A stretch of 63,641 nucleotides of DNA, filler included, from Octopus bimaculoides (taxonomy: Eukaryota), in the NCBI RefSeq assembly GCF_001194135.2. It is 4 parts of 4 records of this genome, joined end to end, with 100 filler letters (N's around TTAATTAATTAA, not from the genome) between each part and the next. Parts side by side here need not be neighbours in the genome. Positions count along the whole stretch, not along the records: positions 1 to 19,076 come from NC_068982.1; positions 19,177 to 23,890 come from NC_068987.1; positions 23,991 to 34,378 come from NC_068996.1; 1 more part is not named here. One strand, written 5' to 3'. Below, one piece after another: positions 13,965-25,506 of this stretch (its first letter is position 1; each line of letters begins with the position of its first letter). The notes beneath the pieces were generated by a model. That model was not told the DNA's origin, did not search any database, and saw nothing but the letters and a program-made list of their open reading frames with translations. Position numbers and translations under genes: made by a program.

Positions 13965-14260
13965 TCGGAGGAGAAGGGCTAGATTGAATAAAAGAGAGCA
14001 GGGGACAACAACGGAGACAGTAGCAACAACAACAACAGGGAGAAAAAACGGTTATTTCCAAACCACAACTGATCCCAAATTCGAGGACTGCGAAAAAAAA
14101 AAAAACTAACTTTGTCTCCGGCAGCATCTAACGACCAGGAAGCGGAAAGCCCCCACTTCTCTCTCAGCCGTTCCACATTACTGTCATGTGATGATAAGGA
14201 GCGAATGATGAAGTTGTTGGCATGCTTTAGCTGACAGCAAAAAGTTTTTAAAAAAATGTT
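13965..14260 (-). promoter_or_regulatory. Candidate promoter / first exon
   Basis: Non-repetitive, locally GC-richer island; tandem GGAA ETS-like cores (14138-14147); TCATGTGA E-box (14184-14191); pyrimidine-rich minus strand ending at a GTAAAA donor (13964). Confidence 0.3.
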
Positions 14261-14379
14261 GGAACTAGAAAAATGAATCGAAATAAAGGTGGTTGTCCAA
14301 AAATGTACTGGGACGAGCCAACTCCCTTTTCAGACGGTGAATATACGGCTTTTCACATAACAGCCGACTGATTGACTTA

Positions 14380-14632
14380 TCTGCTGAATGACTAGATGGA
14401 TAACAATGCAAGCACTGTCTTAGTTCAAATCCCACTGAGGTAGACTTTGCCTTTCACCCTTACAAGGTCGTGAGGTCGGTAATATAAAGTACACTTATTC
14501 CACTGAAGTCGACTTTACCTCTCATCCTTCTGGGGTCGATAAATCAAGTACCAGTTGTGTATTGGAGTCGATCTAATCGACTGGCCCCCTCCCCCAAAAT
14601 TTCGGACCTTGTGCCTAGAGTAAAAAAGAATA
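14380..14632 (+). mobile_element. SINE family A with partial internal duplication
   Basis: B box GTTCAAATCC; core GACTTT(G/A)CCT occurs twice; tail CCCCCAAAATTTCGGACCTTGTGCCTAGAG. Confidence 0.8.
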
Positions 14633-14991
14633 TAAAGTATACTTACCGCCTCCAAATTTTTGGCTTTATGCCTGTGTAAGAAATCGTTATCACTTTTAAA
14701 GTTCTATTCATAGTTTCTTGTTCTGGTACTATATTAAATACAGAACAGTATGAGCTCAATTTTAGGTTTATAGGAGTAAAGTAGGTTATTGGATTAATCT
14801 TTATTGTTGTCACATTATAAGCAATAAAACTATGATTAGGTTAGCAATAACTATGATGATCACATAAAATACAATTTGTATTTTATCGTTATGTACAAGA
14901 TGGCCTCCAAAAAAAAAAAAAATTCAGACGAATTCTCAAAATTATTTCATGCACTAACATACATACATACATACATACATACATACATACA

Positions 14992-15615
14992 CGGTACTAC
15001 CTCCCTATGCGACACGATATTGTTGCTAAAGCAATTTACAATGTCATCCGCAAAAATGCCTGTCTTGAAATAAAATTAGAAAACCTTCTGTTATGGAATA
15101 CATTCATAAACACCAACTCAAGGAATACTGGTGGAATATTCCCATCAAAACTTCTGTCAAATGTAAACATAACAGGCCGGTTATTGTTGGTTGGGACAGA
15201 GGGGCAAAGGTATATAAAATCATGGAGGTCAGCTGTCCTGCAGATATGAATATCTCTTTAAAAATCAAAGAAAAAGAGGATATCTATGGACAACTGCTTT
15301 GAAACCTCCAGTTTCTATATCCAAACTATGAATTCATATTCAAACCAATAATAATTGGAGCACTAGATTTTGTTAGTAAATGCTTAAATGAGAATCTGGA
15401 AAAACTGGGATTTTCAGAAAAGGAAATTCACCGGCTGATTCGTACATTACAAGTGCAATCTGTGAGTGGAACAGTAAAAATATGCATGACTTTTCTCAAG
15501 TTCCAAATGTGAATTTGTCAGTGTTAACTAAATCCCAATGATGGGGCCTTGTATCTTTGTTGGAAACCGGTCTCTCCTCAGCAGAAGATTTATAATAATT
15601 AAAAAATAGAAGAGA
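14992..15615 (+). mobile_element. 5'-truncated R4/Dong-like non-LTR retrotransposon (restriction-like endonuclease domain plus 3'UTR)
   Basis: MRHDIVAKAIY../EYWWNIPIKTSVKCKHNRPVIVGWD..IMEVSCPADMNISLKIKEKEDIY..PIIIGALD..SGTVKIC..FLKF; flanked on both sides by (ACAT)n. Confidence 0.85.
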
Positions 15616-16082
15616 CATACATGCATACGCACATACATACATACATACATACATTTTGTAAGGTATAAAACATATATGAACAAGCGTGGAAATGCATACG
15701 TAAAGAAAGAGATAGATTGATACAGGCATACATACATTTGCGTCTCTCAGTAGGTGTATGCATAGTCTATATTTTGTGAATACTTTGAACTCCTTTTCTG
15801 AATCTATGGTTGCATCAGTGGAATTTAAGTCAGCAAATTCTTTTGTGTTACATGTTCAACTCAAAAATATCTTGCTTGATTCCCGTTCTATGTACAAAGT
15901 AAATTTGAAAAATATGTGATTGTTGATCTGTTTGCTTGAAAATGCGAACTCTTGCAAATAGTTGTTTATTTTGTAACTAGCATACCCCTGTCATCAAGAA
16001 TGCCGACAGGTTTATTAATAAGAGAAAATGGCATTATCAACACACTGAAAGAAACTACCAATACATGTCAGCAATCTAGTAA

Positions 16083-16113
<31 letters not shown>

Positions 16114-16337
16114 GAATTGAAGCACGTGAAGAATCAAATACGGTTGTAAAGTCTCGGTTGAAAATATCGGTGACATGTGCATATACATACAATGTGTAAA
16201 ACTTTTCAGAAGTTTACTATTTAAGTATATATGCGCGTGTCTAGACGTTCAACTATATGCATGAGAATACATAAAAGAAAATATACAAATCTGTACGTGC
16301 ACTGACAACAAATACGGCACACACGCACATATGCATG

Positions 16338-16447
16338 CAAAAATACCCTGTTGATATTGGTGAAATTCCAATGAAGGAGTTTTGGATCAAGATTAGAAAC
16401 CGGCTCTTTCTCTATTAGCAAGAAATCTTGAAATGAAATTGAATGAC
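16338..16447 (+). mobile_element. About 110-bp element related to the R4/Dong 3'UTR
   Basis: Shares AAAT(C/T)CCAATGA and GAAACCGG..TCT motifs with 15520-15615; ends in (CATA)n; second copy inverted at 41087. Confidence 0.65.
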
Positions 16448-18594
16448 ATACATACATATATGGTCTTCTTTCAGTTTCTGTTCCCCAAATCTACTCACAA
16501 GACTTTATGACACCATCCCAGCAAACCGTTGTTTGTCCGTGATGTCATTCATACCATCTTTTGTTGTCATTTTTATTCTTGTTGTTGCAGCTGTTGTTAC
16601 TGTTTCTGATGTTGTTGTTGCTGCTGCCGCAGTTGTTGTGTGTATTGGTATTCTCCTTGTTAGAAAGGTTGCCCTTACTATTGTGCTCATTGTTGTTACC
16701 ATTACTGTTCTTGTTTTCAGTCAATAAACAACTGTCATTAATGAGCGGTAGTGTGCCATCATACACAAGTCACATCGTCCTGCAATTGATTATATCAACC
16801 AGTACTTGACTAATGTACTTAATATTTTGTTTCAGAACTATAGCCATTTAATCAAAACCTTTGTTGTGTAATCTGTTCTGCGAAAAGCAGTTGAATTATC
16901 AGTGTGGCTGTCAGTGTTGGAGACAAGAACTTGGAGATTTTAGTTAGTTCTGTCATGTAACCTAATTAGCTCTGGAGATAGAACTTATGATTGTGCTATG
17001 TGTAGCAGTGATGGTTAGAAAACTACAATTATTGTTGACAACACACAGTTTATTTTTCTTCATGGTATGTAATGGTTTATAAATTGTGCAAAAAACGTGT
17101 TATTTGCTGGGAAAAATGTGATTATTGAAAACTTGTTTTTGTGAAATAAATGGACTACTAGATTTTTGTGTTCTGTTACAAGCATTCGTATCAATTCCTC
17201 GTCTTTCTCCTTATTTTTTTTTTATAGACATCCTCTTTCACATGATCGATGACACTACAGTTTTCTTTATAAAAGAAAACTTGACTATCATCAAAGCTTG
17301 TGGACAACTACCATTTTTGTCTACAATTGACCGCAGACACTCACATACATACACACATAAACATTTGCTCTACGCTTAAAGATTTCCTCTAATTAATTCT
17401 TGGAGCCATTTGTATATTTATCGTATTTTCGTTACATCGCTTACATTTTCAGTTCTTTTATTGTTCTAATAGTTCCAAATTAGTCCTGTAATTTTATGAC
17501 CTTTATTGTTCGCATTTACCCCTTCAGCCAAGCGTAAATTGTATCAAAAGGTTATATTTTGTTCATAACAATTTCCCCTCTCTCCCCACTATTCGTTAGT
17601 TTGCTCTATTGGCTATTTTCAATTATTCTCTTGCAGATTAACGACTGAGAGATTGCAGAACTCATATCTCCTTCTCTGCTTATTTTTTACATCATTGTTT
17701 CCACTTTATTTTCCTATTACATTGTGTTGACCATTTCCAGAAATTCTTCTTCTTTAGCTCATTATCTCAATTTTCCATATTTTATGTTACTGATTACTTT
17801 TTTTTTCAATATTTAGTATCCTTATAACCTGATTTCAATTTTAATGAGAGTGTAAAGACATTACCATAGCTGTTTCACCTTGACTTTTATTGCTGTTAGT
17901 AAGTCTTTCTTGGTTCATTCGGCTGTTTTATCTTGGTTATCTCTTTAAAAATTTATAAAAAAAGAAATGAATGCATGATTCTAACATTTTTTCACTGGGA
18001 TCTCTCTGTCTTTCTTTCTGTATCTCTCTTTCTCCGCTCTATTTTTTTTCTCTCTGTCAGTATTTATTTCATTTCTTTATGCACTAAAATATATTTCACC
18101 GACAATAAAAGACGTGCTGTCAATTCAGCACCCATCCTTTAGTTACTATATGGTAGAGACCATTGTAAATAGGCATACATCTGATAGTTTCAATTGAACC
18201 GTGAACAAGTGAGCACAAATATATAAGTCAATATAGTACTGGATAGCCAACCAAGTAATTCGAATCTGTTAACCTACTCTGACATTATCCATAACCAAGA
18301 TATTTAATTCTAAACAGTGAAGCTGACCCAGCTTTAAATAGGTATTACAGTAAAAGTCCATTGCTGTTATCAGCAACACTATATGAGGGATTTTTCTTTA
18401 ACTAGCACTACTGTACACAAATAGTCTTGTGGTATATCATCTCCAATAAAGTTATAGCTTCATAATATAACCATTGTTCTTCCTGTGTCATCACTTTTTT
18501 AATCTTTTATTACTACTCTATATTCATCTAACCCATTGATTTCTATGCCAAGTTATAAGTCTTTCAAATGCCTAAGTGAGTGAATAGAGATGGC

Positions 18595-18633
18595 CTAATT
18601 TTGCTCCACGACAATGCACGTCCTCACACTCCT
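18595..18633 (+). mobile_element. mariner transposase fragment
   Basis: Translates LILLHDNARPHTP (HDNARPH motif). Confidence 0.7.
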
Positions 18634-18715
18634 CAATATTTTAAATAAGGAAAAGCAATAGAAAACTCCAGCTAAGTCAAAAGTATTTACTCAATCAACT
18701 TTTGTTTCCTGTCTT

Positions 18716-18810
18716 ATAAGTGTTCAATGTGGCCACCACCTGCAGCACAGGCAACATCAATGCGGTAAGAGAATTCCTCCCAGGCGCGTATCAGCATATC
18801 ACGATCCACT
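18716..18810 (-). mobile_element. Tc1/mariner-superfamily transposase C-terminal fragment
   Basis: Translates VDRDMLIRAWEEFSYRIDVACAAGGGHIEHL. Confidence 0.8.
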
Positions 18811-18925
18811 AAGTACTTCTTTGGCTGTCTGGTTCAATGCTTTATCGAAGTTTTTCCATTTTCCTTCTATGTCAATATCTTCTGGAATCGCCTCAAGCAA
18901 AGCAAATTTATTCTTTAGTTCCATA
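18811..18925 (-). mobile_element. LINE (RTE-like) ORF2 linker fragment
   Basis: Translates MELKNKFALLEAIPEDIDIEGKWKNFDKALNQTAKEVL, typical of the EN-RT linker. Confidence 0.65.
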
Positions 18926-19176
18926 AGAATAGAAGGATAAAATCACGTTAATGATTTTTATCAGGTAGTCACCACGCAATAAGAATTTATAGATAATTTA
19001 TACATTAAATTAATAATTATATAATATATATATATAATTATTAATTTAATGTATAAATTATCTATAAATTTTTATTNNNNNNNNNNNNNNNNNNNNNNNN
19101 NNNNNNNNNNNNNNNNNNNNTTAATTAATTAANNNNNNNNNNNNNNNNNNNNNNNNNNNNNNNNNNNNNNNNNNNN

Positions 19177-19221
<45 letters not shown>

Positions 19222-19509
19222 GTATGTAAGAATGAGTAAATATTCAAAATAAATACTTGTAAAAATGTTATTATTATTAGTATTATTATCAGGGGGCAAA
19301 TCTAAATAATTGATAACAACAATAACATTAATGGCAGCAAGCGATATTAGCATTAAACAGCTATACAATAAATTCATAATTATATTAGAGGGTACACGAA
19401 GCACCAGCTTGCTAAAGAGTGGAAGTAAAAACCTCCAACTTAACCACCAATCTTACTGAAAATATGTAATGGACCAAGGGTGTAGCAAAAGGCCTGGTTG
19501 GAGGCTCAA

Positions 19510-19668
19510 CCTTCCAAATTCTTTTGCAGGGCTTAGAAAAACTAAAGGACTACTGCAATAAGTGTGTGAATCTGAGAGGAGAATATGTTGAATAAAATCA
19601 TAATTAACTGATCCTCCTGTATTTTCTTCTTCTACCCAAAACCAGGAACTTTTCAGCACCCCCTTGTA
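19510..19668 (+). mobile_element. mariner element 3' end with TIR
   Basis: ..QGLEKLKDYCNKCVNLRGEYVE* followed by TIR CCAGGAACTTTTCAGCACCCCCTTGTA. Confidence 0.75.
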
Positions 19669-20050
19669 TGTGTGTGTGCGCGCATGTGCACAAACACACA
19701 TCACTATTGCTATATTGCTATGAAGTCTATTGAATATTTATCTTTTGAGCATTTTTATCACTATGAAATTTTTTTCCATGCATTCTACTTCTTTTAAATT
19801 TTCATCCCATTTTTTTATAGATCTAGATGCATTTTGAACACCAAAATGAATTTTCGTATATATGTATTTGCGTATGCATTTTTATATAAATGTGTGTGTG
19901 TGTGTGTAATTTTGAGGACTAGTAGGTATATGCCAATTAGTGTGCTGAGTTGAGCGCATTCACAGTTTGGGCTACCTGGTGTTATCCATAGTTGGGATAT
20001 ACTTCCTCTGGATCTGTGTCAGGAATTCCACAGTGTTGGTTGAGATAATG

Positions 20051-20307
20051 ATTGATGAAGAAAACAGAAGATAGATTTAGAACTAGTTTCTATTCAGTAC
20101 AATAATTGTTTCAACCCATCCTGCAACTGACTGTTACGGATAGGATATTGTGCAACTAATTGTGCTGTGTCAATCTGAGCCATTTGTGTCACATCAGGTA
20201 CATACATAAAGATAGGGATGTCCAACTAGACATACTGCATTGTCCTAGGCATGTTGTTTTTGCCTGTTGTATTTTGGTTATAACTGGCTGATGGGGTTAG
20301 CTACAGT
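20051..20307 (-). repeat. Unclassified about 257-bp interspersed repeat, copy 1
   Basis: Reverse complement aligns end-to-end with 21318-21574 (roughly 75% by eye). Confidence 0.8.
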
Positions 20308-21317
20308 ATATAACATAAAATTATACAATCATAAAATGGAGAGAGGACAACTTATCAAAGAAAGATTACGTTTAGGTTGACAAGGAGGAGTGTTCACTCC
20401 TGGACATGAACACGCACTTACAGAGGCGTACAGACACACACACATACACACACACACACACATGCATGCCATAAATCAAGATCCTAGAACCATAGAAGAA
20501 AGAAAGTAAAACCTGTCAAAGAAAAACTACATTAAGATTAAAGGGTAGGAGTCTATGCTCTTGGACATAAACACATATATAGGTGTACAGACATGCACAT
20601 GCACACACACATGCACATGTGTCACCAGTATGTCATTTGAGGTGGTTATTGGCTATCAGGAAGTAGAATTTGTGGTAAACTTCTATCCATTATCAGACAC
20701 CCCACTGCTAGGCAGATTTGGCCATCAGTCACAGATGACCATGCTCTTGATGGGGGAGGGGATTGTTCTGTGGGGACACACACACACATGTACACAAGTA
20801 TTTGTATATATACACATAGCCACACACTCATATGTTTACATATATACATATATATATATTGCACTTGTTTATTTATTCCTTTAATCTTGGTAGTATGTTG
20901 GCAGTACATTCTAATGTAGGGCTCAGTAAATAGGTGTTTACATATGCACATAGATGCATTTGTATGCATTTTTCTCTGTGCATTTAAACATCTGATTTAC
21001 ACATGGGAGCCCACTGGCAGAGGTCTATATTACAGGTGTCTTGCCAAACCTTACAGAGAGTATCTATTCCTCGGCATGCACACCCAACTACGAATGTCGT
21101 AAAAGGCTATATTACCAATATCTATTTACACCTTATAAATTCTATCTATCTGTTTGTCCTTCTGTATGCACAACCAATAACAAGTGTGTATATATGTGCC
21201 TACATACATCTATATTTCCATGTTACCATACTTCAGTGACATACAGACTTTGACTGTTCGAACTCTCTATATTTTATGATTGAATGATTTTAATTTTATG
21301 TTATATACTCGCAGACA

Positions 21318-21574
21318 ACTGTAGCAAGCCCCATCAGCCAGTTATAACAAAAAATGCAGTGGGCAAGGACAACACTCCTAGACAACTCAGTATATCTAGC
21401 AAGACATCCCCTTTCTTTATGCAGGTACCTTATGTGACACAAATGGCACAGACTGATGCTACACATTAGATACACAATATCCTACCCATAGCAGACAGTT
21501 GCAGGATGGGTCGAAATGATTGTCATACTGAATAAAGACGAGTACTAAATCTATCTTTCGTTTCCTTCATCAAT
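21318..21574 (+). repeat. Unclassified about 257-bp interspersed repeat, copy 2, with (ATT)n tail
   Basis: Inverted partner of 20051-20307; followed by (ATT)n. Confidence 0.8.
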
Positions 21575-21675
21575 TATTATTATTATTATTATTATCATTA
21601 TATACACGGTGCACCAGCATGACCGCAGCCACTTGGCTGAAACACATAAATAAATAAATAAATAAATAAATAAAT

Positions 21676-21710
<35 letters not shown>

Positions 21711-23159
21711 TACATGTATATATATATATATAGTGTGTGTGTGAGTGTGTTGATGATATAGCAATAATTTCATTATTTTGCCAGAAGTCTGATAAATGGT
21801 GGGGCATTTCAAATACAAATTACAAAACAAGGGAATGAGATTACAGAATATAAGAAAAACATACATGAAAAACAACAGCATAAATACAAAAAGAGATATG
21901 AACAGTCACATGGGGCAAATCAGAAAACTCTTCCAATTCCAGACCACCTTTACAAGAGAAAGTGTCTTCACTCAGCTGTATCCCTGGCCTACAAACACGT
22001 CCTTAGTGTAGGCATATTAACTTAGTCTACATTCATCATTCTCATCCACATTCCAGTGAATTTTGTGAAAAGCAGTATGCTTTTCTTGTTGAGGAACTGG
22101 CCATAGAGAAAGGAGTCTGTCCTGGTCCTTTCAATCTCATCCACCACACTTATTTTTCACTGTAACCACTAGAAAATAAAAGCAAACAACCCTTCCAGCA
22201 GTGATAATTTTACCAATGAACTCTGCTTATAGCTGGGCTCTATTTTACACGTGACAGTAGCTACTTGACATAACTGTACAGTCCAGTGATGCTGGAATGC
22301 TGAATGAAAACATACAGAATGATGTCATTATTCAACATACATTTCTCAGTCACATCTTTTGTGCTTGTTGGGAAGCCCTGGTAGCCTTGCCAGTTCAAGG
22401 ATTTCTGAAAATTGTCCATATTCCTCCAAAATAGAAAGTTCATTTCCTTTCCACTGATGTCCAGATCCTACCTGAGGACATCATTTCTTACGCCCACCAT
22501 TCTTTTATACTTGTTAAATGTAGATGATGGCTAGCCAGTTTCATTGCTCAAATCATAGATAATTGAATTCTGACAAGATTATAGATGTCCAGCACTCAGT
22601 TTCAGTTTTCACCCGACTCAGGATTGCACCTCCATGATAGGGATGAACTGTGGGAAAATATTCTCAGCAAATGACAACTGCTTTTGATCATGATCAAGGA
22701 ATGCCTGCAAATGCTGCAACTTCAATGCATGTCTGCATATTTTCACCTATAGTAGACTGGTATTGGCTGCTTGACCAGTGAACAAGTTCCTTCCACAAAA
22801 AGTGAAGGAGTATACACTCCATTCTGAAGCAAGACTCAACAGTTAGTAAGTTATAATAGAAACAATGTAGGTATTTATTACTTCTTTCTAACCTTACAAA
22901 GAAAGCTTTCTCTTAACCCTTTTTATGAGTGTGAGTGACCACTCCGCTTATAATCTTGTTCCAGTTCTTATCTGCCTGGATGTCCAGCCAGAAGTAGATC
23001 ACTATGTTAACAACAAACAAGATGAGGACAAATATCTGTCAAATGTAAATAATGTACATAATTCTTCATCTCTTAAATATAGAAATGTGCACCCTAAATG
23101 TAGTTCTCAGGGAGATTCAGTGTGCAAGAATGTGACAAAGCTAACCCTTTGAAATATGA

Positions 23160-23305
23160 GTACTATTCATTTTTGCTAGTTGAGTGGACTGGGGCAATGT
23201 GAAATAAAGTGTCTTGCTCAAGGACCCAATGCGTTGCCAGGAATTGAACTTATGACCTTACATTTGTGAGTCAAATACCCAAACCACTGAGCAACATGCC
23301 TCCAC
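23160..23305 (-). mobile_element. SINE family C head (tRNA-derived)
   Basis: GTGTCTTGCTCAAGGA..GGAATTGAACT..AACCACTGAGC, the antisense of A/B boxes; similar fragment at about 23755-23835. Confidence 0.65.
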
Positions 23306-23847
23306 AAAGTCGAGATATATCACATCTACATTTGAGTGGTTGAGCTGCTGATTCAATATCCAGTTATAATGCTGTAGCACCTGTGTAAATCAGCTCTTCC
23401 CAGGATGGAAGCCATGTTGTGTGTTTGTGAGCAAGTTATTTTTTTTCCAGGAATGTAACCAGCCTCCTTTGGACAATGCATTTTATGACCTTGCTAACAT
23501 GTGAAGTCAGAGAGAGAGAGAGTTCTGTAATTTTTAGCATCTGCTTTGTGTCCTCTTTAATGAACCAGGCATATTATACCTTTTTTTTTTAACAATTTGG
23601 CAAGTTTACCACATGTAAGGAGACTCGGTAAAAAGTATCTGTAGTGGTTAGCAAGAGCTTTCCAACATGTCTTTAAAAAATCAACCAGAAATCCTTCTGG
23701 GCCCATTATTGAGTTCATCTCATCAATATTACATCTTCCTCTTTAATGTTGATGCAATAAAGTATCTTGCTCAAGGACAAATTTATGACCGTAAGATTGT
23801 GAGTCAATTACCCTAACCACTAAGCCACATGCCTTCACTATATGATA

Positions 23848-23890
<43 letters not shown>

Positions 23891-23990
23891 NNNNNNNNNN
23901 NNNNNNNNNNNNNNNNNNNNNNNNNNNNNNNNNNTTAATTAATTAANNNNNNNNNNNNNNNNNNNNNNNNNNNNNNNNNNNNNNNNNNNN

Positions 23991-24047
<57 letters not shown>

Positions 24048-24374
24048 CATATACACACACACACACAAATGTACGTGTATGTGTGGGCATCAATACCTCA
24101 CTACAAGACAAAGATTTAGATGCATTTAGAGAACATACAGACCATTTTTTATACCAAATATATCAGATGAACCCACATCACAGCAACAAATGCAAAGCCG
24201 GGTATCATTGACAAGCTCACTACTTCACCAAGTCTAAAGCTGGAGAGAGAATCATGAAATAAGGTTGAAATAACAAGCATTAACTCTGCTTGAAGTGCCC
24301 CAGCATGACCACAGCCTCTAGCTGAAGCCAGTAAAAGAATAAAATGGAATATATGGATGTATGTATAAAATACA

Positions 24375-24692
24375 GGAGTAAAGACCGCCTTCGGTCACAA
24401 ATGACCATAGGATTGCACTCAGAAAGTTCCCAGAGGCACATGTTTGGTCACGTTGTTTAAGAATGACCAGCAGTTTCCCATACCTCTCAGTTTCCTCTCT
24501 CTACACCAACAATATTATCCAAAGCAAAGGCTGATACAGCTTGGTACCAGATACATCGCAACTCATTTCTAAAGCTGAGTGAACTGGAGCAACATGAAAT
24601 AAAGTGTCTGGTTCAAGAACACAACACACAGCTCAGTCCAGGAATCAAACTCACTACCTCATGATTGTGAGTCCGATGCTCTAACCACTGAG
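24375..24692 (-). mobile_element. SINE family C
   Basis: Same head as 23160 plus a 3' body; related copy at 43730-44030. Confidence 0.65.
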
Positions 24693-24799
24693 TTTTACCC
24701 AGGACATGCATACATGTCCTGGGTAAGAGTTTAAACTGCATCCAATAGCAGAGCTTTGGTTCAGGAATTTCAGAGTTTTGAGGTGTGTGGAATCATGTC

Positions 24800-25258
24800 T
24801 TAGCCACTATTGTTCCCAGGTCTACACTGACACAGAGTAGTAGTACCTGTCAGGGTCCCAGCTAGGGGTTATTTAGCATGTGTACCAACCACTTCAAACC
24901 TAGGCTATGTCTGTTCTGATAACTGGTGATGACTTTGTCGGCAAATCTCTGCTATGGTCAACAATCAATAGCAAGATCAGCTGCTACAGATCACACTTTC
25001 CCAAAGTGTGCATACATGTGACCAAGGGATCACATATGAACTTGTATTCTTGTTGTAACTCCGAATATGAACCCTACACCCCAACAAGAAATGACAACTA
25101 TGGCTATGGTGTCCATGCTATCAGATGCACTTGCTCTTCACCTTCTGGAACATTAGGGCCAACTGTAGGATGTGGTTAGCTTTTGTGAGAGACGTAGTGA
25201 ACTCACATGCCAGAGCCAGCTCAACCCAACTCAGGTGAATGCCAGTACAAGTAAACTA
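24800..25258 (+). mobile_element. Probable RTE-clade LINE 3' end
   Basis: ..WLAFVRDVVNSHARASSTQLR* followed by a CAGTACAAGTA tail; resembles RTE C-termini as I recall them. Confidence 0.45.
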
Positions 25259-25506
25259 CATACATACACATATATTCAACGGAATAGACAAAACTAAACA
25301 TCTAGTTTGAAGATTTTTAAATTGGCATGGGGCAGTTACTTCCCATGTATGTCTGTGCTCTTCCTACAGCATTAAGAGTATTTTAACTCTTATTTCTAGC
25401 AATGTAAGTGTGTCAGTACCTTTAGTCACACTTAGAAGACAAAAAATGGAGAAATGTTGACGAACAACAATTGACTTATATCAATTATTATTTATTAATT
25501 CAATAT

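Noticed and set aside
14181-14238. Box C (GTGATGA) / box D (CTGA) snoRNA-like motif
   Set aside because: Only about 47 nt from C to D, the terminal stem overlaps box D, and no D' box or guide is evident
16505-16809. Asn-rich or Thr-rich ORF, or multi-pass hydrophobic ORF
   Set aside because: Decayed (AAC/CAG)n repeat running into a SINE B fragment; no coherent splice frame
19121-19132. TTAATTAATTAA islands inside gaps (also 23935-23946 and 34423-34434)
   Set aside because: Each sits between two 44-N runs (100 nt total); an artificial six-frame-stop scaffolding linker, not biology
22925-23152. 75-aa ORF / possible exon VLICLDVQPEVDHY..
   Set aside because: Weak donor, no recognisable homology, and no compatible neighbouring exons
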